A DNA stretch of 61,604 bases, the filler included, from an uncultured bacterium (lineage in GTDB: Bacteria; CAYJOG01), in assembly GCA_964371695.1 (NCBI GenBank). It is 8 parts of 8 records of this genome, joined end to end, with 100 filler letters (N's around TTAATTAATTAA, not from the genome) between each part and the next. Parts side by side here need not be neighbours in the genome. Positions count along the whole stretch, not along the records: positions 15,519 to 23,163 come from CAYJOG010000120.1; positions 23,264 to 30,867 come from CAYJOG010000121.1; 6 more parts are not named here. One strand, 5' to 3'. Shown in pieces: positions 17,884 through 25,949 of the stretch (its first letter is position 1; each line of letters starts with the position of its first letter). The position numbers and the translations under genes were made by a program. The notes below the pieces were generated by a model that saw nothing but the letters and a program-made list of their open reading frames with translations, searched no databases and was not told the origin of the DNA.

Positions 17884-20681
17884 GGCGCACCTCCTTCATT
17901 CACTTGCGCGCCCAAGGCCGCCGCACCTCTTACCGCCGCGTTACACCAGGGGTACTGGGGGTTTCCAAGCACATGGTCGTTGGCGCATCGAAGGATGAGA
18001 TTGGCGTCCTCGATGGTGATTTTTCCGTCATAGGGTTCCTGAAGATCACCAATCGTCACCTGAAAGGCGCTGGGGGTCACCTGGCCCACCGCCATGCGGT
18101 GCGCCAGGTCCACGTCGTCCATGTCCACATCGCCATCCTTGTCCACATCGCCGCCCCGGGTGTTGATCAACAACCCATCGCTGCTGGCGACGGTGCTCAG
18201 GTTTCCCGCCGCGTCCACGGCCCGCACATTCACGTAATAGGTTTCACCGATCCTCAAGGTGAGTTCCGTGGCGTTCACAGAAGTCTCGAGCAACACGCTG
18301 GTCCAGTCCTTCAGGTCTGTCGCCCCCGCGCTGGCGCCGATGCTGTAGTCATACCGCACAATGCCGCTGTGCGCATCGGCAAATCCCGTCCAGGAAGCCG
18401 ACATCTGATTTTTGATTTTGGTGCTTTCGCCCGCATCGGTGACAGTGCCTGGGGTGGGGAGGGTGGTGTCCACCGTGATGCCGTCGGTGCTGGCAGCGGG
18501 GCTGGTGTTGCCAGAGGCATCCTTGGCCCGAACGTTGATGAAATACACCCCGCTGCTCAGGCTAAGCCCGGTGGCGGTGAATTGGGTGACGTTTCCGGCG
18601 CTGGTCCAGCCCCGCACGCTCACGTCCCCGGCGCTGGCGCCGATGCTGTATTCATATTCCGCCACAAACCGGTTGTCGGCAAAACCTGTCCACGAGGCCG
18701 TCAGTGATGAAGGGCTGTTGGACAAAAGGCCATCGTCGCTCACCGTTCCCGCCGTGGGAGCCACGGGGTCAATAAACACAATGCCGTCGGTACTCACCGC
18801 CGCGCTTTTGTTCTGGGCGCGGTCCACCGTCCGCACGTTGATGACATAACTCACCGTCATCTCTTGCAGATTCAGGCCGGCGGCGGTGAGGGAGGTGGTA
18901 TTGCCCGCGCTGGTCCAGTCCCGCACGCTGGTGTCTCCGGCGCTGGCGCCGATGCTGTATTCATATTTTTCAACGCCGCTGAGTTGGTCGGTGGCGGCGG
19001 TCCAGGTGGCGGTGAGTTCCGCGCCATTGGTGGTTTGGGTTCCCGCATCCGCCACGTTCCCCGGTGTGGTGGGGATTTCATCATCCAAAGAGATGCCGTC
19101 GCTGCTGGCTTCCTCGCTAAACAGGCCATGAGAAGAAGATGACCATGCGTTGTTTTGAGCCTTGACGTTAAAGAAGTAGGTTACCCCAGGCATCAGGCTC
19201 AGCCCCGTCACCGTCACGCTGGTGGCGGTTCCGGCGTCGGTCCAGTCCCGCACGTTGGTACTGCCCACGCTGGTGCCAAGGCTATAGCTGTACCCCCAAA
19301 TATTGCTATCGGGATCACTAAACCCAGACCAGGAGGCGCTGAGCGTGGTGGTGGAGAAGGTGAAGGCCCCCTCATCGGTGACCGTGCCAGGAACCGGCGC
19401 TGTGTTGTCCGCCTTAAGACCGTCCGACGCCACCACCGGTGAATAGTTTCCTGACGGGTCTCTTGCCTGGGCATAGATATAAACGGTTTGGCCATTCGCA
19501 ATATCGTCTTGGGTAACGGTATCATAGGGGTAGTCAGAAATGTGATTAACATCGGTGCTTTTTGATATTTCACCACCGAATTCAACCTGATGGTCAGATG
19601 GTCTTATCCACGCGCTGTAGCTATAAGCGGCGATACCCATGTTGTCCGTAAATCCATCGAATGAAGCAGAAAGATTAGTTGGATCCACAACAGCGACGGC
19701 TACATCCACCACCGACCCCGCCGTGGGGACAATTCGGTCTATTTCATAGGCAAAAAACAAATTATTACCGCCGCTTCTTACCAAACCATAAAGCAGATCG
19801 CCGCTGCCAGGATAAACCAGCGCACCATCATCCATGGCGGCTGGCGCATCAGCCAGATCCGACCAATTTTGGTAGAGATGGTTGTACGATCTAAAACGGG
19901 CGGAGGGGGTCGCGGACGGTTGTCCGGCAAATGTAAATAGTAGCTGCCCACTGCCAGGATAAACCAACCCTGAGCCATTCCCAAGGACGACTATGGAATG
20001 GGGAAGACCTTCCCAGGCATTGTTGGTGAGGCTGTAGCGATAGAATTTAAAATTTGAAAAGTACCCAAATAGATAATCGCCGCTTCCAGGGTAAACCAAT
20101 GAAGCGAATCCGGATGGTTGATATGGCGCATCGGTCTTAGACTCCCAGGAGTCACTGGAAATGTCGTAGCGGAAAAATGCTTTTTGATTCACAGAGAAAC
20201 TGCCCGATGGGAGAACATAAATGGAATCGCCGTCTCCGGTGGAAACCATGGCGTTGCTATTGTGTGTGCCTTGCGCCATGACCGACGTGTTGGTGTCCCA
20301 TGCCTGGGTGGTGAGGTTGTACCGCCATAAATGATTCATGCCGATGCTGCCCAGGGCATAAATGTAGTTTCCGCTGCCGGGATAGACCAATTGCCCCTTG
20401 CCGTTCACCGTGGCGGGGGTATCGGCCTTTCGTTCCCAACTGTCACCACTGATGCTGTATCGCCAAAACTCTTTGGTAGAACCTCCCGCCAGGGCGTAGA
20501 TGAAGTCGCCGCTCCCGGGGTAGACCAATGCTTTGCCATAGTCTGTCGTCACCCCGGCAAAAGGGGGAGCGGTTTTGGTGGTCCAGGTGTTGGGTGTTGC
20601 CCTGGCGGCCCCAAACGAGAAGCAGGCAAAAAAACTGGCGATAAAAACAAGGCTTTTGGTGGTGAGTTGGCGTGATTTCAC
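17880..20681 (-). CDS. Secreted Kelch beta-propeller + five FN3-like repeats + C-terminal dockerin-like domain
   Basis: GTG at 20681 after AAAGGA; signal peptide ending ARA. Repeated LVYPGSGD.IY / W...AD.P Kelch blades. Repeats PGTV.D.G...LSASW.GF.D...YEYSIG...WTSAG...Y..NVRA.D.AGN.S....DG. Dockerin-type duplicated loop GDVDKDGDVDMDDV...GDLQEPYDGKITIEDANLILR. Confidence 0.8.
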   Translation of the reverse strand: MKSRQLTTKSLVFIASFFACFSFGAARATPNTWTTKTAPPFAGVTTDYGKALVYPGSGDFIYALAGGSTKEFWRYSISGDSWERKADTPATVNGKGQLVYPGSGNYIYALGSIGMNHLWRYNLTTQAWDTNTSVMAQGTHNSNAMVSTGDGDSIYVLPSGSFSVNQKAFFRYDISSDSWESKTDAPYQPSGFASLVYPGSGDYLFGYFSNFKFYRYSLTNNAWEGLPHSIVVLGNGSGLVYPGSGQLLFTFAGQPSATPSARFRSYNHLYQNWSDLADAPAAMDDGALVYPGSGDLLYGLVRSGGNNLFFAYEIDRIVPTAGSVVDVAVAVVDPTNLSASFDGFTDNMGIAAYSYSAWIRPSDHQVEFGGEISKSTDVNHISDYPYDTVTQDDIANGQTVYIYAQARDPSGNYSPVVASDGLKADNTAPVPGTVTDEGAFTFSTTTLSASWSGFSDPDSNIWGYSYSLGTSVGSTNVRDWTDAGTATSVTVTGLSLMPGVTYFFNVKAQNNAWSSSSHGLFSEEASSDGISLDDEIPTTPGNVADAGTQTTNGAELTATWTAATDQLSGVEKYEYSIGASAGDTSVRDWTSAGNTTSLTAAGLNLQEMTVSYVINVRTVDRAQNKSAAVSTDGIVFIDPVAPTAGTVSDDGLLSNSPSSLTASWTGFADNRFVAEYEYSIGASAGDVSVRGWTSAGNVTQFTATGLSLSSGVYFINVRAKDASGNTSPAASTDGITVDTTLPTPGTVTDAGESTKIKNQMSASWTGFADAHSGIVRYDYSIGASAGATDLKDWTSVLLETSVNATELTLRIGETYYVNVRAVDAAGNLSTVASSDGLLINTRGGDVDKDGDVDMDDVDLAHRMAVGQVTPSAFQVTIGDLQEPYDGKITIEDANLILRCANDHVLGNPQYPWCNAAVRGAAALGAQVNEGGAP

Positions 20682-20911
20682 GGGAAAAGTTCCTTTTTTT
20701 TGATTTGTGGGAGCCGATAGCCCCCAAAGGTGGCCCTGCCGAAGCTGATTTCGACGGTCTTTTACCACCCCTGCGCAAAAAAACTAAAGGAAAAAACAGG
20801 AAGCAGACTTCCAAGTCGAAGTCACATTTCTGGAGGAAATATTCGGAAAATGCTCAAATTGGGTACTTTTTTGGCATTTAACCAGCCCTAATGGTTCATT
20901 TGTCTTAAAAT

Positions 20912-20970
20912 CGGTGGCTCAGGCATCTTGCCTGAGCTTTTTAAAACGCAGGCTGGAAGCCTGCGCTACC
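20912..20970. repeat. Inverted pair of REP-like palindromes (GGTGGCTCAGGCATCTTGCCTGAG / CGCAGGCTGGAAGCCTGCGCTACC)
   Basis: Two hairpins in inverted orientation with GTGG/GTAG heads; related copy CGCAGGCAAGATGCCTGCGCCACC at ~52821. Confidence 0.7.
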
Positions 20971-21064
20971 ACTTTTTTTAAAACAAACGAACCACTACTG
21001 TCCCAAAAAGTCATCCGTGCAGGTTCGTTCGTGTTCCGCCCGGTAAAAATTTGGGGAGGCAGGC

Positions 21065-21098
21065 CGTTGGCAGGGTGTTGATAAACCCCCTGCCAGCG
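21065..21098 (-). terminator. Hairpin just downstream of the hypothetical gene
   Basis: CGTTGGCAGGG...CCCTGCCAGCG stem a few nt after the stop codon; no clear U-tract. Confidence 0.35.
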
Positions 21099-21105
21099 CT
21101 GGTGG

Positions 21106-21618
21106 TTATGGAATCCAGCTCAGCACCTTGAAGGCCCGGTCAATTTTGTTGTCCAGCGCCCAGGTGTGAAAGGCCTCCAGGTTGTCCAGCAGCTCCAGAA
21201 AGTCTTCTTCTTCGCCGCGCCAATGTTCGCGCAGCAGGTCGTCTTCCAGTTCGTGCAGCACCTCGGTGAGGCGAAAGAAACCATAAAGCGCCCCCACCAT
21301 GTCGTTGAAATAGGCCGTGGGGCCCACAAACCAACTGACCGGCGTGCTCAGCAGGCGGCTGACGATGCGTGCCGGTCCCCACAGGGCCGTGTTCAGCGTG
21401 AGCAGCGTGAGCTGCACCTTGGGTTTGGCGTCCACCCGTCCGTCCGCCGCCAGCCCCACCACCATCAGGCCCGCGTGGGGCGTGTTGCCCAGAAACGCCG
21501 AAGCCTCGAGGATTTTTTGTGTGGCTTCTTCTTCGTCCAGGCCGGGGCGCACGGTTTTAAGGGCGTCCAGCAAGGCCTGCTCGACGTTGTTGAGGGGGCG
21601 GTGGGCGGGGGGCTGCAT
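21106..21618 (-). CDS. Hypothetical protein
   Basis: 170 aa ORF with host-like codon usage and globular composition; no recognised motif. Confidence 0.7.
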   Translation of the reverse strand: MQPPAHRPLNNVEQALLDALKTVRPGLDEEEATQKILEASAFLGNTPHAGLMVVGLAADGRVDAKPKVQLTLLTLNTALWGPARIVSRLLSTPVSWFVGPTAYFNDMVGALYGFFRLTEVLHELEDDLLREHWRGEEEDFLELLDNLEAFHTWALDNKIDRAFKVLSWIP

Positions 21619-21632
21619 GGGGGGATTGTACT

Positions 21633-21778
21633 GCGCGCTGGGGACACCGCGCCTACTCCAAATGGTTGTGACGGGACGGGGGCGTCGCGCTACGCCATTT
21701 TCGGAAATGATGGGTCAGACATCGCCTGAAAGCCCCGCCCTGGATGCCGTCATTCCCGCTTCCTGGGGGATGACGGCA
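21633..21778. repeat. REP-like palindromes (GTAG family and GTCATTCCC family)
   Basis: CGCGCTGGGGACACCGCGCCTACTCC, GACGGGGGCGTCGCGCTAC, and hairpin TGCCGTCATTCCC...GGGATGACGGCA. Confidence 0.65.
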
Positions 21779-21828
21779 GACGGGGGGGCTGATTGCCGGG
21801 GCGAAGGGGTCAAAGTCTTTTCTTTTTC

Positions 21829-21863
21829 CAGCCTCCGAGTTCCACCCTCCAACTTCCAGTCTC
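21829..21863. repeat. Degenerate 7-nt tandem array (consensus CAACTTC)
   Basis: CAGCCTC CGAGTTC CACCCTC CAACTTC CAGTCTC directly after the nagA stop. Confidence 0.6.
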
Positions 21864-23073
21864 AGTCCAGCCGCACCCGCTCAATCAGCGCGCTGTCATT
21901 CACCACCAGCAAGTGGGCCGCCGCGCCGGGGGCCAGCACCCCCAGGCGGCCTTCCAGTCCCAACCAGCGGGCGGGTGTGGTGCTGGCCAGCGCCAGCACA
22001 CCCAGCAGATCGGCGGGGGACAATCTGGCGGCGTCCCCTGTTTCATCAAAACGATCCCGCCACGGTGATTTCAACGCCAGGGCCATGTTTTTAAGCCCCG
22101 ACCACAGGGGCGTGGCGCTGCCCGCCAGTGTGCCGTCGTCATAAAAACAGGCCCCGCTCCGCGCCGTGGCCCTGCGACCCGACAGGTCAAACGTACCTGC
22201 GCCCTCGGCCCCCAGCGGCGGCATGGCGTCGCTCACCAGCGCCAGATGCCCCGCCCCCTTGGCGTGAAAAGCCGCCGCCAGCGCCGCCGGAAACACATGC
22301 ACCCCGTCGGTTATCAGCGTTGCGTTCAAATCACACAGGGCCAGCGCCGCCCCCACCGTGCCCGGCTCGCGGCTTTGCAGGGGCGACATGGCGTTATAAA
22401 GGTGGGTCACGGCCCTCAGGCCGTGGTCCATGGCGCGGCGCAGTGTGTCCGGCCCCGCCAGCGTGTGGCCCGCACACACCAGCACGCCCTGTGCGCTGGC
22501 GTGTTGGATGAGTTCCATGGCTCCCGGCAGTTCCGGGGCCAGCGTGAGCTGACGGATGCCGCCCCCCGCCGCTTTCTGAAAATCCTCAAAAGCCGCCACG
22601 CTGGGGGCCAGCAGGTGCGCCGCCGGGTGACAACCCGCTTTGGCCGGGTTCAGAAACGGCCCCTCCAGATGAATGCCCAGGGGAACCGCGCCACCGGCGG
22701 GCGGGTTTTTCACCACTTCGCCCAGCACGGCCAGCGCCCGCTGCATGGGGGCGGGTGGGTGCGTGAACACCGTGGGCAGACAGGCCCCCACACCCGTCGC
22801 GCCAATGGCCTCCAGCGCCCGCGCGGCCTCGGCGGCGTTTTTCACCGTGCTGAACAAAACACCCGCCGCGCCGTTCACCTGCAAATCCACCAAAGCCGGA
22901 AAAATCCAGCGGCCTTTCATGTCTTCGGCGGCGGCACTGGCTTTCAGCACTTCCGGCGGCGGCGTGCCCTCGCCCATTTCGGCAATCCGCCCCGCCCGCG
23001 CCAGCAGCCAGCCGGTGTGGCCCGCGCCATCCGCCACAGCGAGGCGGGCGTTGTGAAACAGCGTCTCAGACAT
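21862..23073 (-). CDS. nagA: N-acetylglucosamine-6-phosphate deacetylase
   Basis: PALVDLQVNGAAG, GIHLEGPFLNP.KAGCH, TLAPE, AGHT, THLYNAM, ITDGVHV, LVSDAM, GTLAGS. Confidence 0.93.
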   Translation of the reverse strand: MSETLFHNARLAVADGAGHTGWLLARAGRIAEMGEGTPPPEVLKASAAAEDMKGRWIFPALVDLQVNGAAGVLFSTVKNAAEAARALEAIGATGVGACLPTVFTHPPAPMQRALAVLGEVVKNPPAGGAVPLGIHLEGPFLNPAKAGCHPAAHLLAPSVAAFEDFQKAAGGGIRQLTLAPELPGAMELIQHASAQGVLVCAGHTLAGPDTLRRAMDHGLRAVTHLYNAMSPLQSREPGTVGAALALCDLNATLITDGVHVFPAALAAAFHAKGAGHLALVSDAMPPLGAEGAGTFDLSGRRATARSGACFYDDGTLAGSATPLWSGLKNMALALKSPWRDRFDETGDAARLSPADLLGVLALASTTPARWLGLEGRLGVLAPGAAAHLLVVNDSALIERVRLD

Positions 23074-23092
23074 GGTGCAACGCCATTCTCCT

Positions 23093-23130
23093 ACCAATGA
23101 ACATTCAAAACAGCATGAATGTTCATTGGT
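23093..23130. promoter_or_regulatory. Perfect 15-bp inverted repeat upstream of nagA (operator or REP-like)
   Basis: ACCAATGAACATTCA-N8-TGAATGTTCATTGGT about 20 nt upstream of the ATG. Confidence 0.45.
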
Positions 23131-23163
23131 TTAATTGGCCTTGCCATTCGTCGTGAATGGCTG

Positions 23164-23263
23164 NNNNNNNNNNNNNNNNNNNNNNNNNNNNNNNNNNNNN
23201 NNNNNNNTTAATTAATTAANNNNNNNNNNNNNNNNNNNNNNNNNNNNNNNNNNNNNNNNNNNN
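23164..23263. other. Artificial contig linker
   Basis: N44-TTAATTAATTAA-N44. Confidence 0.98.
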
Positions 23264-23359
23264 GCCTTTGGCGCGGTTGACACTCCCGGCGAGACGCCGG
23301 GGCTACCTCAAAAAACCCTTAGTAATCCGGGACTTTTCGCACAAACCTAACAGCAATGT

Positions 23360-24148
23360 TTACTCCGCCAGCGCCCACAGCAGCACCGCCGTGGCGGCGC
23401 TTACGTTCAGGCTGTCCACCACACCGGCCAGGGGAATGGACAACACCTCGTTTGCCTGGGCCAGCAGGCGCGCGGGCAGCCCCTCGCCCTCGGCCCCCAC
23501 CAGCAGCAGCGTGGGCGCGGTGATGCTGCGGCGGGTGAGCGCCGCGCCCGAGGTGTCCGCCGCCAACACCACACCGCCCCGGTCACGAAAACGGCTCACC
23601 GCACCGGGGAGGTCTTCGAGTACCGTCACGTTCAGCGACAGCAGGCCCCCCCGGCTCACGTTCAGCACCGTCTGGTTCAGGGGCGCGCCCCCCTTGGCGG
23701 GCAGCCACAGGTGGCCATGACCAAAAGCCGCCACGCTGCGGCACACGGCCCCCAGGTTTTGCGGATCCTGCACACCCGCCGGGCACACCACCAGAAAAGG
23801 CCGTTTGAAATCCGCCCCCTCAAAAAAATCCTTTTCGGTGTGGGCCAGCACGGGCCGCACCGAGACGACAAGGGCGCGGGGGCGACCCTCTACGGTGACG
23901 CCGCCCGCTACGCGGCGCACCGGCGCGCCAGGGTTTTTCAGAAACTGCAACACGGCGGCGGAAAACTTCACGCGGCGGTCAGAGTCCACCAGCACTTCTT
24001 TGATCAGGCCCCGCCGGGCGGCTTCCAGCACCGGCCCTTCACCGTGCAGCAGCCAGAAATCCGCCGGCGGTGCGGCGGGTTTGCGGGGTTTGCCGGCATA
24101 CCCCGCGTGTCTGTCGCCGCCACGCCCCGGTGGTCCGGGCCGCGTCAC
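23360..24148 (-). CDS. TrmH/SpoU-family RNA 2'-O-methyltransferase
   Basis: GVQDPQNLGAVCRS, LLVGAEGEGL, IPLAGVVDSLNVSAATAVLL; GTG start overlaps the HAD stop (GTGA). Confidence 0.88.
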   Translation of the reverse strand: MTRPGPPGRGGDRHAGYAGKPRKPAAPPADFWLLHGEGPVLEAARRGLIKEVLVDSDRRVKFSAAVLQFLKNPGAPVRRVAGGVTVEGRPRALVVSVRPVLAHTEKDFFEGADFKRPFLVVCPAGVQDPQNLGAVCRSVAAFGHGHLWLPAKGGAPLNQTVLNVSRGGLLSLNVTVLEDLPGAVSRFRDRGGVVLAADTSGAALTRRSITAPTLLLVGAEGEGLPARLLAQANEVLSIPLAGVVDSLNVSAATAVLLWALAE

Positions 24149-24831
24149 TGCGAAATCGTCTCGTGAAAGTCGCGGATGCGCCAGCCGCTCTGTCGGGCCA
24201 GTTCCCGCAGTTTGGGGTCTGGGCACACGGCCACGGGGTTGCCCACCGTCTGCAAAAACGGCGAGTCGTCGATGCTGTCGGAATAAAAATAACTCTCCGA
24301 CAGGTCATAACCCTCCTGTTTCGCCAGGGATTCGCCAATGATTTTTTTGCCGCCGCCAAACACCACGGGTTCTTCCACGGCGTTGGTGATGAGGCCGTTT
24401 TCGTAAACGGGCCGTGTCGCGTACCAGTGGTCAAAACCCAGCCACTCGGCCATGGGCTCCACAATCCAGGCCAGGTTGGCGGTCATCAGCACCAGCTTGT
24501 GGCCCTTGCGCTGGTGCATGCGCACGCGCCGCATCGCACCCCGGAAAACGTTGGGCTTCACATATTCCCGAAACGCCTCGCGGCCCATTTCCGAAAGCTC
24601 CTCGCGGCTGAAACCCACAAAGGGTGTGAGGCTTGCCTCCAGCAGTTTGCGGTAGTCCAGCGTCATGTTTTTATAGGCCACGTATTGCTCGATGAGGCCG
24701 GTGAGGCTCTCGATGGTGACGTTGGGCAGCAGGCGCTGATAACGCCCGCTGAATATCAGGTATTTGGCCATCATGGAGCCGCCGTTGCCCCGGAGGAGGG
24801 TGTCGTCCATGTCGAAATAAGCCGCAATCAC
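24145..24831 (-). CDS. HAD-IB family hydrolase (SerB-like)
   Basis: AYFDMDDTL (motif I), LVLMTA, K, YFYSDSIDDSPFL...VGNPVAVCPD. Confidence 0.9.
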   Translation of the reverse strand: MIAAYFDMDDTLLRGNGGSMMAKYLIFSGRYQRLLPNVTIESLTGLIEQYVAYKNMTLDYRKLLEASLTPFVGFSREELSEMGREAFREYVKPNVFRGAMRRVRMHQRKGHKLVLMTANLAWIVEPMAEWLGFDHWYATRPVYENGLITNAVEEPVVFGGGKKIIGESLAKQEGYDLSESYFYSDSIDDSPFLQTVGNPVAVCPDPKLRELARQSGWRIRDFHETISQ

Positions 24832-24859
24832 GGGATTTGAAGTCTAGCGGCCCGGCCTG

Positions 24860-24908
24860 CAACTTCCAACCACCAACTTCCAACCTCAAACCTCCAACTT
24901 CCACCTTT
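24860..24908. repeat. 7-nt tandem array (CAACTTC consensus, 7 units)
   Basis: CAACTTC CAACCAC CAACTTC CAACCTC AAACCTC CAACTTC CACCTTT. Confidence 0.75.
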
Positions 24909-25034
24909 CTGCTTTTATATGACCCAGACCAGCGAAAAACGGACTTTTTTTTCTTAAATTGACTTCGGGCCGTACACTCGAAATCAAAGCAGCCCAAAGG
25001 ACTTTTCTGAGCCAGGGAGCAACCGGAGCGCGCC

Positions 25035-25949
25035 ATGAACCGTCTGGATTTGAAAGTGGGATTTCAGTGCAACAACCGTTGCGTGTTCTGTGTGCAGGGC
25101 GACAAACGTCACGAGGTGGACCCCCTGAACACAGAAGAACTCCTGGCGCGCATGACCGAGGCCCGGCCCCGCAACGAAGGCATCGTGCTCACCGGCGGCG
25201 AGGTCACCATCCGCAAGGATTTTTTTACACTGGTGCGGGCCGCCCAAAAACTGGGTTACCGCAGCATCCAGATTCAGAGCAATGGCCGCATGTTTGCCAA
25301 CCGGGCTTTTTGCGAAAAGGCCGTGGAAGCCGGGGCCAACGAGTTTGCCCTGGCCCTGCACGGCAGTTTCGCCGAGGTGCATGACAGCCTCACACAGGCC
25401 GAGAGTTTTCGGCAAACTTTGCAGGGCATCGCGCACCTCACCGAAATGGGACAGACGGTGATCACCAACACCGTGGTGGTGCGGGGCAACCTGTTTGACC
25501 TGGGCAACATCATCCGCCTGCTGCACCGCATTGGTGTGGCGCAGGCCCAACTGGCCATGGTGCATCCCCTGGGCACCGCCGAAAAAATGTTCGACGAAGT
25601 CACGCCCCGGCTGGATGAAGCCGCGCCCTTTGTGCTGCGCGCCGTGCGGGCGGGCCTGGGGGCGGGCCTGCCCACCCACACCGAGGCCATGCCCCTGTGC
25701 CTGCTGGAAGACCTCACCGGCGCGGCCAGCGAATCGCAGATTCCCTTCACCGAGATTTTTGACGCCGACGTGCATCTGGCCGATTACGGGGCCTATCGCC
25801 GCAACGAAGGCAAGGCCAAGGGCCAGCGGTGTGGCGACTGCGCGCTGGATGAACGCTGCGAAGGCCCATGGCGCGAATATCTGGAGCATTTTGGCGAAGA
25901 CGCCCTGCGGCCTGTAAATAAAGGAGACGTGGATTGTCGACTGCACTGA
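25035..25949 (+). CDS. Radical SAM protein (HxsC-like) with C-terminal Cys cluster
   Basis: CNNRCVFC (CX3CX2C), LTGGEVT, IQSNGR, C-terminal CGDCALDERCEGPWREY. Confidence 0.85.
   Translation: MNRLDLKVGFQCNNRCVFCVQGDKRHEVDPLNTEELLARMTEARPRNEGIVLTGGEVTIRKDFFTLVRAAQKLGYRSIQIQSNGRMFANRAFCEKAVEAGANEFALALHGSFAEVHDSLTQAESFRQTLQGIAHLTEMGQTVITNTVVVRGNLFDLGNIIRLLHRIGVAQAQLAMVHPLGTAEKMFDEVTPRLDEAAPFVLRAVRAGLGAGLPTHTEAMPLCLLEDLTGAASESQIPFTEIFDADVHLADYGAYRRNEGKAKGQRCGDCALDERCEGPWREYLEHFGEDALRPVNKGDVDCRLH

Noticed and set aside
24832-25034. RiPP precursor peptide for the HxsC-like radical SAM
   Set aside because: No short ORF with an RBS and His-Xaa-Ser or Cys-rich core; the region holds the heptamer array and divergent promoters.
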